Position numbers and translations under genes: made by a program | Shown: piece by piece, positions 39,639-53,467 of the stretch | Layout of the letters: each line of letters opens with the position of its first letter | How positions within the stretch are numbered: position 1 is the first letter of the stretch | Origin: Gnetum montanum | Lineage: Eukaryota > Plantae > Gnetophyta | DNA length: 64,000 nucleotides | Assembly: GCA_015680685.1 (NCBI GenBank) | Contig: MNCI01002657.1 | Span: forward strand, 1 to 64,000 | Direction: 5' to 3' | The notes under the pieces: model-generated | Told to the model about the DNA's origin: nothing | The model's input: the letters and a program-made list of their open reading frames with translations, nothing else | Databases searched by the model: none

Positions 39639-42600
39639 TGATGCTGGATTTAAGATGATGCAATGCAATGTCACTAGTACGTAATTGCACTTGTTTTGGT
39701 GATGAGGAGATTTCTTGAATTCCACAATCCAATCTCACTCAAGTTCAAATAATCAAGATAAATCCACAATTGAATAAGAAAAAAAAACCTTTATTCTTAA
39801 GAAAAATAATTACAAAGCACAAAGGAAAATAAAACACTCTTAAGAATAGACAATCAACTAATCAAACTCTCACTCTACTCTTAATGCAAGTATATCGTCA
39901 AAGATGATCACTCACTCACTCATAATTACTCAAGAAGATTTCTTCCAATCTCTAAAGGATAGGATGCTTAAGCAATGGGCCTCTCTCTTGAGTATTTGAT
40001 GTTGTTTTACCTTTTAATAGTAATTCCAAGCATTGTTTCATCCTTATTAACTATTAAAATGCTTTGGTGATTGTACCTTTTCAAAAACAAGAATTTTAAT
40101 GGGACTATTAGTGACTATGACTTGTAGTGCCCTTGCAACTCCTAGCTTACAATGAAACAAGAATAACACTACAATCTTAGAATACTTACAATCCAAAGAC
40201 TGTGATGCACTATGATCCATAGTGATTTCCACCTCTTCTTCCATCCCAAAAACACATGAATCTACTTATTATAGTAGACCAAAGTAGACTATGACTTATA
40301 GTTGCCCACAAATCTAGACTATGATTGATTGTGAGCTATAGTAACCTCACAGGTCCTCACTAGATCCTTAAAAATACATGAAATTAGGGAATATAAATAC
40401 TACAATAAGCTAAAATCTGCAGCTACTCACAAGAGTAAATTATGACTCACTACAACCTATAGTGTTATGGTAGTTGTTTTTTCAATCATATAGGATTTTC
40501 AATTAACTTCAAAGAAACTAAATAAGAAAACAAAATACAACTTTTACTATTACTAGGATATAGTAAGAATAAGAAATACCTCTAAGAATGGGTTAATATT
40601 CTTATCATCTTTCTTATTCTTCAAAAGAGACCTGTCTTTAAATTAATATTACTCTTGGGATAGCATTTAGACCCCAAAAATCCAAATAATTCTCATAGAA
40701 AAAAATATAGTTCTTAGGTCCTTCATCACTTTAATGTATCAAGTACTCATACATCTTCTTATCTCTTGAGCTTATAACCTCTCTTGCTTATAAAAAAACT
40801 ATTTTCTTTGATGACTTGGATGATTTTTAATCTTTAATTAAATCATTGAGGATTTCAAAACTATTCTCCAAATCTAATGAAAGAAAATTTCCAATGTATG
40901 GAATAAATCTAAAACATTAAACATACAAGAAATAGAAAGATCATTAGGTAAATCAATCTTATAATTATTTGAATTAATCTTAGCTCTAATTTTGAATGGA
41001 CTAATTATCCTTGCATTAACCTTGTAAAAGTACATATTCATATCTTTTCTTACTCAAATAGATCCAAACATAGTCATTAATCTAAAATTCAATTGTCCTT
41101 TAACCTTCATTAGCCTTAGAAAACATATCTTTTTCCTTCTTCTTCAAGTAAGATTTAACTTTCTAATGTAAATGTTTTAATTTCTCAATACAATTAGTCC
41201 TTAAATAGGTATAATCATCAAATTTCTATAGCTCATCCATCATTCTTATCAAAAAATCATAATTTACCATAAAAGGACTTTTATCAATGCTACTATGGAG
41301 ACCATTGTTGTATAAGAACTTAGCATAAACTAACATATTTTCCCATCTTTGAGACTAATTCTTAGACAATAACCTTAATATCTTAGCAACAATCTATCAA
41401 CCACTTCTATTTATCCATCATTTTAAAGATGAAAAATAATGGACTTAGTTCTTAGTAATTTTTAAAGTTACCTTCAAAAGTGACTAGTGAATTTAACTCA
41501 CTATCACTTACAATATTCAAAGAAATATCATGCAATTTCACTACATGCTAAAACAATAAATGAGTAGCATGAGAAGAATTACTACTTCTCTAGCTGAAAT
41601 AAAATATGGAATCAAAACCAAATCTATTTTTTGAAATTTCACAAACAAATTCCAATTCAATACTTTTCCAAGGAATATTTTTCATTATCAAAGGCAAGTA
41701 ATGGCCATCAATACCTTTTCCACCTTTGAAATTTTGGAAAATGTAATATTATTTTATACCTTTAACCACATCTATATACATATCTTATTAAAAATAATTT
41801 TTTATCAATTCCAAAGTCTTTGCTTACAACATATGTGAAGCCATGTCACTATTGAATCTTTCCTCAAGAAGATTGAATCTAAAGTCATATTTGGGAACAT
41901 AAATTTTGTCATATTTGAATAAAATAAATTTCTTAATATGGTATGCCTTCAATTTATCATCCCATCCTAATAATGGAGAATTTATTCCTTTTAAATTTCA
42001 TCAAAATTAGTATCACTAGAACATAAATGAGAAAAAGACTCAAATCCTTTAACTTACACACTAGAATGAGCAATACAAATTCTAGAAAAAACTTCAATAA
42101 CAACATTTGACTTATCTATTCTATGTTTGAAAATAAAATGAAGCTCTTTCCATTTATATACCCATTTCAAATGCTTAGCACTCAATATATTTAAAAATTC
42201 AAGAATTAAAGTGCTTTATGATCAATTAAAAAATTATTTAAATCCTATTAAGGAATGTCTTTAATGCTTAATAGCTTAAAGTATAGCATATAATTATTTC
42301 TCATATACATTCAATTTTTTTCTAAATTTATTTAATTTTTTTAGAAAAGAATGCAATTGGCTTACCCTCTTAAGAAGGCACACATTTAATAGAAAACCTA
42401 CGTGCATCCACCTCAACTTCAAATATCTTGAAGAAGTTTGGAATTATCAAAATTTGAAGCACTATATATCTTTTCCTTCAAGACTTGAAAAGAACTATCT
42501 TTTTCACCATCTCATACAAAGTATAATTCTTCTTCAAAAAAGATAGTGTAAGTCCTATAATAGAACTAAAATGTTAATGAATCTACTATATAAAGTAACT

Positions 42601-43989
42601 AAATCAAGAAATGATCTTACCTCTTCCACATCTTTAGGTAAAATCCACTCTTTGATTGCCTTGATATTGCTTAGCTTCATCATAGCCTAATTCTTTAGGA
42701 TAACATAACCTAAGTAAACAATTTTATTTTTCATAAAATGGTATTTCCTATCATTCATCACCAATTTAACCCCATACAACTTTCAACATATCATCTTAAG
42801 TGTTGCACATAATCATTTTTATTAGAGTTGTGAAAAAGAATATCATCAAAGAAAACAATGTAACATTTGACAATAAGATCTCATAAGACATCATGCATAA
42901 GCCTCATAAATTTGGATAAAGCTTTGGTTAGTCCAAAAGACATGCCTAATCACTTATACAAATCATAAGGTGTCTTGAATGTCTTTTCCACTCATCTCTT
43001 GGTCTAATTATAATTTGATGATATTTGGTTCTTGATTTAATTTTTGAAAAGATTTCATCATTAGCCAAAACATAAAGAATATCATACATTCTAGGAATAG
43101 GAAATCCATATTTAATAGCGATTTTATTAATAGCTCTAGAATCAATGCATATTCTCATCTCATCCATATCTTTCTTGGAATTAAGAATAGCATATGGAGA
43201 AATGGATTTCTTAATAAAACAATTAAAGAGTAATTCACTTGTGTAAATTCTTTCTCTAATGTAGAGTCATACAATTAGCCATCTTATAACTCTAAGTATA
43301 AATTTAGTTTGATGTTACATGGATCTTATTGGGGAAATCCATTCCAATTTTTCTTTGAAGACATTAGTAAATTCATATTTCAAAGACTCTACAACTAGTG
43401 AAAGTTTATTTTATGGCTTTTCTTCACTTTTTGTAATGGTAGAAATAATCACAAAGCCATGACCATGTTCCTTATGTCCTTTAAGATATTCTATTTCACC
43501 AAGAAAAATTAATAAAGCATTAATAGGCATATTTTCCTTGTACTATTGCAATGTCATTTGAATAATTAATGAATTTCATCTTGTCTAGGAACTAACTAGA
43601 TATTCATAGTCCCATCATAAGTAGCCTTATTATCATAATTCCAAGGTCTACCAAGTATAACATTAGTACTATCTATGGGAAGAATGTTGTATTGCACCTC
43701 ATCTTTGAAAGAAGCAATCTTGAATAATAAAATACACCTTTTCTTTACCTCTTGGAAATAGTCTCTAGAGAGCTAATACATTCTATATGCTATGGATGAG
43801 AAATTGTATTCAATTCAAGTTTAGCAATAACTTTGGAAGAAATAGCATTCTCTTGAGCACCTTCATCTATTAAAATTTTAATCCATTTGCTGCTAGAAAG
43901 ACATCTAGCCCAAATTATAAATAGAGTTTTCCTTAAAATATCTTCATTAGCATTAACATTTTCCATAAATGAATAAATTTTAGCAATAT
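39639..43989 (-). mobile_element. Chromovirus-type (CRM-like) Gypsy: 3' LTR ~39639-40607 and pol (PR-RT-RH-INT-chromodomain-like)
   Basis: RT RICIDSRAINKIAIKYGFPIPR (42946-43167); protease ILIDEGAQEN (43790-43950); integrase ~40850-41900; YEYLIH* at ~40740; PPT-like gaagaataagaaaga before the LTR. Confidence 0.85.
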
Positions 43990-44561
43990 TATGGCATCCT
44001 GCTCTCATATTTCATGGAAAACATCAAATATATATTATATTAGATATTAAATGTAAGAAGATAACATGAGAACATAAAATATATGTCATATTTGACATTA
44101 TGCATAAAGAAAATAATAGAAAAAATGCAAAATAAAAAAGAAAATAATGCTTTACTAATGTGGAATAATGTATCTTAATCATGTGCTAAGAGTTTCTTGG
44201 GATTATCTTCCTTTGGCATTTACCCCTTAGAGGCTATCTAGCACTACCACCATAGTTAGGCCTATCACTAGCCAAAAGGACTGACCAATCCTCTTCCTAT
44301 CGCACTTCACCCAGCACCTATTACTTACCATTACTGGCTCTACAAATCCATGCTTATAAAGCCTCTAATTCCCAAGTATAAATACCTTAGGTCAAATCCC
44401 TATAAATTACTTTGAGAAACATTCCCGTTATTACAATGCATACTTTTGGGTCTTAATTACAACTTTTATTTTTAGGTTTTTTTATAATAATCGCATCATT
44501 AGTTATGAAGATACATCATCTTTGTTATGTGGTGATACCATTCAAGAATAGGGACATTACA
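43990..44561 (-). repeat. 3' LTR (copy A)
   Basis: Runs tatggcatcc...gggacattaca and shares gattatcttcctt, cccttagaggctatc and ggcctatcactagcca with copy B. Confidence 0.85.
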
Positions 44562-45029
44562 ATATGCTTCTCTTAGGTTTTTTCCATCCTTGGAAAAGTT
44601 CATGTTCACTATATTTTTTTGCATGTAATGCTCCTTTTATGCTCCTATGCTCAAATACTTTGATTTCTCCTTTGGGCTTAAAGTTTTATATCCTAATGTT
44701 CTATATCTTATTCTACAAATAAACTATAATTGATAAGAATATATGGGAACTTAAATATTATTTTATCAATAGTTGCCTTATTTTCTAAGATAATGACATG
44801 AGGTGAATTAAAGATCTACCAACCACCAATCACTAGTTCTGATTTGGATCACACAAAGTACAACTCATATCTAGTTACCCAAGTGAAGTTAGGGCAAATC
44901 CTTATTCCCAACTTACATTACCCTAGATATTTTACTTACCAATTAAAATATAGATTAATAAATGAAGAAAATAATAAGATTATAAATAAAAGTAAGATTA
45001 AGATACTCCCTAATCTTGATTAATCATGT

Positions 45030-46100
45030 GAATTAATAAAAGTAGATGTAGTTCCACCATAAGGGGTTTGTGATCGAATGGTCTTGTTTGAATGGAAGGG
45101 CTTGATCTTATTTCTTCTTAACTTCTTCTTTAGAAGTTAACTCTAGTAACTTGGTGACTTAGAAGAATCAAACATCATAGCAAATATAGTCTAGGATATC
45201 AATGAAGAATGTTGTTGATCCATCTACATCAATCATGATAGTATAATTGGTAAATTGTTGTTCTTAATGAGTTCTATCTAAGAACATCATCTATTCTTGA
45301 ATTCTCAAATTTAACTTATCTATTGAAGATTCAAAGTAAGAGGAATATGCAATAGCCAATGGAATTGCTTCTTGAATTTATGGGAACATCTTCTTCAAAT
45401 CATGTTTATCCTTCAAGGATTCTTTTACACATCCATATTTTCAGAATTGATAAACACTACTTCCAACTTTTACATTGAGCTCTCCACAAAAGATGAATGG
45501 CACTGAGTTGATATTGGTATGGTTTAGAAATGACTTATTCTTCAAATATTCCTTAATTTGGTTAATGTAGTAAGCCACTTGGCAAAGTCTAACATCTAGA
45601 CATGTTGATTTAACAATTAGATATTTGTTAACCATACATATATATCTTTTTGACTAGATTTTAACTATCAATGCCAAGGCTATGTAACTTCTTGAAAATC
45701 TTAATCATTCTTTCTTCACCATGATTTAAAGTTCTATAATTTTAAAGATCTTATCTTCTAATCTCCTTTTAAATATTTTTACTAACTTGAACTTGGCTTC
45801 ATTACCAAAGATCACATAATCATCCATGTTGTGATTTCTATAATAGGCTAATTGTATGGCTTGAAAGAAAAACTTCCACATGGATCTTTTTGCTTATAGA
45901 TACCTTTGTATCCCATCTTTTGAAAATTTAGATGAAATTGATAAAGGAATTACCATGGAAATATTTCTTGTAGACACAAGACATTAGTATCCAAATCTTG
46001 TAACTCTACTAAGATGTATGAGTATCAATACTCATGTCAATCCAAAGCCCATGGTGGTCATAGAAGATGTTGTTTTTTCATAGGATATGAATCTTAAAAA
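45030..46100 (-). pseudogene. CCR4: Intronless CCR4-family deadenylase (EEP nuclease domain) pseudogene
   Basis: Ordered minus-strand motifs: FISY; PPWALD*; ILVELQDLDTNVLCLQEI; GYKGIYK; DDYVIF..KFKLV; VNKYL..DVRLCQV; PFIFCGELN..GSSVYQF; IPLAIAYSSY; EQQFTNYT; ILDYICY; VTKLLEL; ALP..FDHKPL. Contains stops and frameshifts. Confidence 0.88.
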
Positions 46101-46874
46101 CATTTTTTATTTTGTAATTTTCATTCTTAGTCTTGAATTTTCTCTTAGGTTACTTTTCTTCATGGGTATCATACACCTTGTCAAAATAAGATTATGTTTT
46201 TTCATTATATTGATACTGTATGATTTGGTTATAGGCTAAATGGGTATACATCTTCATGGTCATTCTAATTTACCAATTGATGTTAATTCATTAATTCATT
46301 GGATCAATAACAATCTAGCTACATTACCTAAACTCTTAATAACCTTTCTTCCCTCCTTAAGACACTAACTCTATTAGTGTAACTAATGATATCCTAGGGG
46401 TTAGTAAGCTAAGACTATTAATCTACATAGGTTAACCACTTAGTTTTAAGCCCCAAGAGGTTAAATTTATTAGTCCCAACAATTAAATTATTAGGCATGA
46501 TTAGTTAGTATAAGTTCTAGCTCATAGAGGCATAACACAAGATATCATTTAATTTTTAGTACTCAGATAATAAATCTAACATCATCATTAAGATTAAAAA
46601 GTTTAAAAATGTTAGAAATAATTATTTGTATGCTAGAAATGAACATCATATGCCCAAATTATGCTAAATGTAGTCTTTGAGGATCTTGAGGCATAATGTT
46701 GATTAAGTTACAAACACTATTTTTTTGAAGCTCTATGATGTAGATTTGACTTCACCATTGCATCTGGAAGATTGAAACATGTTGAAAATAACTCTTGTTT
46801 TATTGAAATATAACACCAAAACAAAAATTATGATTGGTTGTTTCAAGTTTTTAAAATTTTACATATTTTTCAAA

Positions 46875-46938
46875 ATTTCCTAAGAGGTCACCCATCTTGA
46901 TACTACTGCAAGAAGATCATGCTTAATTACAAAATTTT
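46875..46938 (-). other. 5S rRNA-derived fragment (A-box/IE/C-box internal control region)
   Basis: Reverse complement aattaagcatg...agtagtatcaagatgggtgacctcttaggaaat aligns with plant 5S agttaagcgtg...agtagtactaggatgggtgacctcctgggaagt. Not a full-length 5S gene. Confidence 0.8.
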
Positions 46939-48250
46939 TACTCAAAATGCTATCATTCTATGAAATTATTTTATTTGTTATTTTTTCATGTTTTTATACT
47001 TAGGCTTTCCATAAATAATTCAACATGTTTTCTTTTGAATTTCCCATCAATTGATGAAAACATGTGACATTTCTCATTAGTTGACAAAAACATTTTCCAT
47101 CACCATGAGACATGCATCGATGATGCTAGCAGACACTAGTGCCAACCAAGAAGACATGGAATGATGGTGATAGAAAACACTAAGGAAGTAGGCACTGATG
47201 GTACCAGTGGTCTCTATTGGCAAGTAGGAAGACATGGAATGGCAACACTAGTAAACATCAAGGTGCCAAGTACCAACAACACTAGTGATCTTCGTCGGCA
47301 AGTAGAGAGGCATGAAATGGTAACGTTAATGATGTCTATGAAGGTAGACACTAATAGTACTAATGATCATCATCTACAATAAGGTAGGAAATCTTGGAAT
47401 CAATGGTGTTCATGGTTACCATGGACTATAAAATACTTGATAGATTTTCTAGTAGTTACATCAACAATGAAGAGGAAGAGTGTGGTAGTGGAAACAGTGA
47501 AAATGACAATGGTAGAAGTGCAAAATGCATAGTGTTGATGTTAGGTCATAAAGAATCAAGTGGCAAAGGTCTACAAGGTGACAGGGACAAGTAGAGCACA
47601 CAAGAGATGGCAATAAGCAAAGGTAGAAGGAAGGTAGTGACAAGCACAATGGCAAATAGCATGTGCCTTAGCAGTGACAAGGGAGAACAATAGTGGAAGA
47701 TGGCATTGGTAACAAACAAGGATTTTCATGGAGGAAGGGGCAAGTATACAGGGAAAAAGGAAAATAAGGCATGGTGGATGGCAAACAATGCATGGCAAAG
47801 GGAGGGTGGCATATGACATTATCGAGCACTTACATAGGCCTAAACAAGCTTATGCAATAAGTTGTTACTACAACCAACCACCACTTAGCCTATGTGATAG
47901 GCTAGCACTATGGCCTGACCAACTGCAACATTGCAAGGCCAAGCCTTGAGGCCTTACCATGCAATGACATGACTTGTCAACTCCATAGCCAAGCTAGCCA
48001 CAATGCAATGTGGCTAAGCCTTGAGGCCTAGCCATGCTATGGTGCAGTTGGCTGATGCCATAGCTAGCCATAGTGGCTAGCCCTAACCCTAAGGATTAGG
48101 ATCAAAGCTAAAAAATTTTTATTTTTTTATTTTTTAAATATACTTATTATTTTTTAAAATATTAGTTTATTATTATTTTTAAAATATATATAAAGATATT
48201 TTTTATTTATATTTTTTTAGTTAAATCTTAAATTTTAAAATAAAAATATG

Positions 48251-48252
48251 CA

Positions 48253-48288
<36 letters not shown>

Positions 48289-48294
48289 TATATA
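48251..48294. repeat. (CATA)n(TA)n microsatellite
   Basis: Seen directly. Confidence 0.95.
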
Positions 48295-48449
48295 ATTATG
48301 ACAATCAAGGTACTTGGCCTTGTGATTCATTGAAGAAACCTAAAAACTTAGGTTTAACAACCCATAGGTTATGGTTCCGATCCAATATTTCAAAATTTAG
48401 ACATTAAGTTTTTTTTAATTATTATTTTATTCCATACTACCTTAGTAGT

Positions 48450-48545
48450 TGATGTGGTGGTTTAGCGGATGACAGGGTATGAGTTTGATTTTCTAAGGAA
48501 AGCTTCTGGGCTCAATTCCTGACTCTAAAATTTTGACCTTTTTAA
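48450..48545 (+). other. tRNA-like Pol III A/B-box cassette, decayed
   Basis: A-box-like tggtttagcgg (48458) and B-box-like ggctcaattcc (48509), followed by T-runs. No convincing cloverleaf. Confidence 0.45.
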
Positions 48546-49708
48546 AATTATTTTTTATTTTTATAAATTTCATGATTTATTTATTTTTTTATAAGCACAC
48601 ATAATAAAAAAATTTAAACCAAAATGTTTCCCAAATTGTGAGATTGATCAAGATGAAATTTGTACAATTGAAATCATCATGACAAGTATTATGCATTGGG
48701 TATGATTTTAGGATTCAAAAACTAAGTTGGATTTTTAGGAATTGAGAGGATTAAAATAGCCTATTTTGTCAAATTGACATTACTTAGGCCAATGCATGGA
48801 TGATTTGTGGACTTTTAAGATAACTTGATTCCAATTATAAATGATATATTGACTCATGGATTCTAAGAATATATCTTACAATTTCACAAAAGATGTAGGC
48901 CTCTCCTCTATACCCAAGCGAAGTGCTAAGGAGAAGATTATGATAACATAACATTACTTACTAAGTATGTATTCCGTTATGGATCTCATGATAATAATAT
49001 TTATTGGTTAGATATAGATTAATCGTCCTTATTACTAGATTGAATCCTTAAACTTACCAATACATAGGTCTTATGTAAGATGAGTACTATCAAGTTACAA
49101 GGATTAGGTGCTTGGGGGTAATAAGTCTCAAGTTAGCTCATAGTCACTAATCTTCTAGGATAACTTAATAAATACCTTAATTAATTAACATTCTACTAAT
49201 ATCACAAGATCGATAAGAGTTACCTAGAATGGTGTATCCTTATCTTACGAACATTCCTTGTAGTTGATGTACCTTGATAAAGCATAATCAGATCTCTTGG
49301 TTGATAATATCTATGAAAATCACTTAAGAATAAATCTTCTTAGTTAATGAGATTCATCTTGAACATGATGCAAGTTCATTATTCTCTCATATATGTCTAA
49401 TCTATTATTCATGAAAATGACTAGATGGGTATCTTCTGGGTTACATGATCATCTCAAACATAAGGTACATCTAGTGGTTGATCTATAATTCTTCTTGGCT
49501 TATGATTCCATGGTATGTCATTGAATTGTAGTTGGTCCTTGATTTTTATTGGTCATTGCATTATGGTTTGCTTCGGTATCAAAGGTGAAATCCCTTTCTT
49601 TGATGTCATGGCAAACATTAAATATAAATTATATTAGAAATTAGGGATAAGAAGATAACCTGACAATGTCAAATATATGTAATATTTGACATTATGTGTA
49701 AAGAATAT

Positions 49709-50577
49709 TGCTGAATGGTGAGGTACCCCTTTGTCCAACCATATGAATCACAAGTGTTACACATGATCTAGTTGAATTCCATGGATGGCACTAGTTGTGC
49801 ATATAAATCATCATGCTTTGATCATAGTTCGTTGTCTTACCACTTGGACTAGTGGTAGCTTGTCACATATGGTTTAGTCCAAAGTGAGGCATATGATTGA
49901 TGTTGACTAGCCCCAGGCTACTCCTAATGGTAATAAAGAGATCAATTAATTAAGCTAATTAATAGTGGAAAGAAAAATCTATACTAGCCTATGTGTAATG
50001 AGTATCTATTCCTAATCATCCACACACACCTTGGACTTTGTGTAACTACTGTTGGTATTACCAAGCATATGTCACTAGGATCACCAAATGATACACTGCT
50101 GGGTTACCAATTAATTACACTTAAGCATTTGTGATTAGTTGTACTCATTTTGCTTAATGATAGGAATCATAAAGAGCAATAAATGGAAACATTAACTAAG
50201 GAAAATGGTAAGTGATTAAACAATTGAAAGAAATAATAAATCTAAGTTGATGCTGCAATGATGGAAGTAATCTTGATCTTTATTTTTGGTCATGTAATGC
50301 ATCCAAGTACATCACACTTGAATAAGAATGTCATACAATCACTTAGCATCACACTGTAACTATGCACTAGAAACAACAGAACTGAAAGTCCAAAATCTAT
50401 GAAAAAGATATCTAAAATCTATCAACAAAACTATCCCAACCGTGCATCCAAGTGTTGTATTTATAGGCTAGCATGGAAGAGATAATTTTGGAGATCCAAC
50501 ATCATTTCTTGGGACCTGATATTGAGGCTCTGATATTGGGTATTCAATATTGAAGCTGACAAAATTATGACTCATCA
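49709..50577 (-). repeat. Athila 3' LTR
   Basis: Highly similar to 58058-58909, with an Athila-type pre-LTR tract (ggacaagttttcatttagtcatggaggta on minus). Confidence 0.92.
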
Positions 50578-50799
50578 TACCTCCATGACTAAATGAAAAC
50601 TTGTCCTTAAGTTAAACAAAATGAGGAACAAGTTTTTTACAAAATATTGTGAAGGTATGGAATTATTGATTGACTAAAATAAATAAATAAAAAATTGACT
50701 CTTACATGCCATAATGGTGTTTTACAAAATTTGGACACAACATTACAAGACACAAAAGTAGGAAAGCCCATGTAGTTCCTGATGGTAGTGGATCCTCTA

Positions 50800-53467
50800 T
50801 TAGTTACTTTCCTTTGTCACCAGGCTTTTGAAATCTATAGTGGTTGAGTAGTTCCTGCAACTTCTCTTCATCTATCCTTGGGTCATGTACCATTCAAGCT
50901 ATGAAATTGATGTGTTCTAACATTGGTACATCCCATGGGCTTAGTAACTATGAAAACATTTTGTTGGCCTTTGCACACTAGGCCATAAAATATCGTCATT
51001 TTTTCTCAAAGGCCCTGGCCTTTTCTTTCAAATCATGATGATCTATTAATCTCTTAGCTAGGTCTTAGGAAACATTGTTTTGTCCATGGTAGTAAGCCTT
51101 GATCACCTCCAATTCTAAGTTTGCTACATGGATTTTTTGTAAAACATCTTTTCTATTTGCAAACTCTTTTTCAGATAATGCATAGGTGGTTGCTACCTAC
51201 TACTCTAATTTTTTTCTAGGTTGACCTACTATTAACATGGCAAGGTTGGCATATTAGAGGTTAGTCAATGCCATGTATTCTTTTAAGTCCTCAATCTGTA
51301 GATCTTTATTCTTCACTTCTACTTGGTGAACTAGTGCATAACTATCCAAGATGGGCTGCCAATTAGGATTTTGTGCCAATATGGGCTTTTTCCATTTGGA
51401 TTTCTTTTTCATTGATCTACTCATCCTGGAAGTGTTCTTTCAAATTTTCATGCTTTTTGGCCTCATTTTACCAAACACTTATTTTTATTATAGACTTCTA
51501 ACAAATTTCTCGAGCCTCCTCCATTAAGAGGATTCTATTTTCTCTGGCCAATTAACTGGTTGACCTTCACTAGTTTTTCTTTCAACTGATGGATAGTTTC
51601 CTCTAGAATGTTCTTTTATTTTTCTATAATGGTCAACCTTACATTATCTAGAGCAAGCTATTTATTTTTTTCTTGCGTGGTAATTAATGTCTTCTTATGG
51701 GAATAGGATTGTGCTTTAGTAGTAGAGACATTTTAAACTACCTTCTCCTTTACTTTCTTATTAGCTTTATTCTCTTCAATCAATTTATTTAGCTACTTTA
51801 TTCTCAATTGATCTAGATGGTCAAGTGCAATAAACTAGGCAGGGTCTCGTCTTGCAACTCTTAGGGTAGCTAACTCTTGTTGCAAGCGATGCACTTTGGC
51901 TTCTATGTGTTCCACCTTGGTCTCAACCATGACCAACTTTCCTTTGATGGTAAAGAGGTTTGATTGTACTATAGTGACATCATTGGGAATGTTAAATAGG
52001 ATGGTCATTGCTTGTCCTATCTATAACAATCAATCCAGTACATCCTCATATGTTGTAGGAGTTATTGAAGTCTTGCCACCATTTGGGCATCTCTGGTCCC
52101 AGTAAAATCCATTGGGAGCACAACAAGCACATTGAAACATTCCTTGATGTGATATGTTATCATATGTGTTGTGCTTGCCACATCCTGATGTTGCATGAAC
52201 ACTATTGTGGCACCATCTCCCATTTCAAGCATCACTTGAAAGGATATGGCATTACTAGAGATTTTTCATGACCATTGGGATTCTTCTCCTAATTGTAGCA
52301 AAATCTACCCCCTTATTGGATCAATAGAAATAGTGGATTGCATGGCATTGTTGATGACTTTAAAAAGGTTCAAATCATCTCTACTTCCCCAACTAATAGC
52401 TTTATTAATTTTTTGTGAATGGCTCATCGTAGGGCTGTATTTTTGTGATAGTTATGGTGGAACGTGTATCTCACAACATTGTTTAGGCTCTTAATATATT
52501 TCTTTTACTGGTTCTACTTCCTTCTCTAGTTCTTGTTCCTCACCAACGTTTTTTCTTGGTGACGCAAGTTTGAGAAATTTAGCAAAGAAAGAAATTTAAG
52601 CTTTCTTGGAAATTCCATTGGTGTATCCTAGGATTCCAACATGTTTACATAGCTTTTAGATCAGGAAAGGAAATGGAAGTGTTGGCTTCCCTACCTTCTT
52701 CTCTTTGGACTACCTCTAAATTTCCATGCAATATAACTAGGGAAGGTTTGCCATGTATTTGTCCATTAGTATGGCACTTCCCCTCATCACATACATTGAG
52801 ATTCTATTGAATCCTTTGGTGAGGAAGAGGTGATATATGCCTATCTTGAACTAGGTCCTCTCTTTTAGAGTTAATTCATTATATGTCTTATCATCCTTAT
52901 TGTATGCCCCATTTAGCCATAAATTTCTAGTCTCAAGATCAGACTTGATGGACAAATAAGCTAACTTGGCTACCACATTTTTCATATTTAAAGCCTCTAA
53001 AATTGCTTTAACTAAAAAGGAAACAGTGACTCCACCAATGTTAACCATGGCACCTTCTTCCTTGTTGTGCTAGAATTGGTACATCTCGTCGAGGTACTAT
53101 TCCCCACTGTCTAAAAGAATAGACCACAGAGGTGATGCCTAGAGTTGTGTCTAGACTACTTTAGGAGAAAATGCCATAAATAGGTCGAAGTTCATTTCCA
53201 CAATAACCATGGTCAACATGGACTTCTCTTGAATAGCTTCAAGGCATTTTGGGGACAATATGAGGTGTTGTCCTTGCACCAGAGCTTGTAGTTCTATAGC
53301 CTCTCCTTGGACCAACTACCCTATAACAGAAGCCTCTTCATGGATGCTAAAGGATTGGACCTCTTGTTCCTCATGCTTACCATGCTTGCCTTATTAGCCT
53401 CTACCACCTCTTAGACACTTGACCACTCCTTGCGAAGGTCCCTGTTGTCCCCTCTTTTTGGAACCAT
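50800..53467 (-). pseudogene. Athila env-like/extra ORF remnant
   Basis: Starts MVPKRG. Contains VNIGGVTVSF (52851-53048) and LPFPFLI (~52670), then a coiled-coil-like tail. Confidence 0.65.

Noticed and set aside
45030-46100. LINE APE endonuclease interpretation of the EEP domain
   Set aside because: The WALxW, FTNYT and LDYIxY motifs are CCR4-type, and no RT follows.
47161-47949. Cluster of short ORFs on both strands
   Set aside because: They are a by-product of a GC-richer low-complexity block and show no protein motifs.
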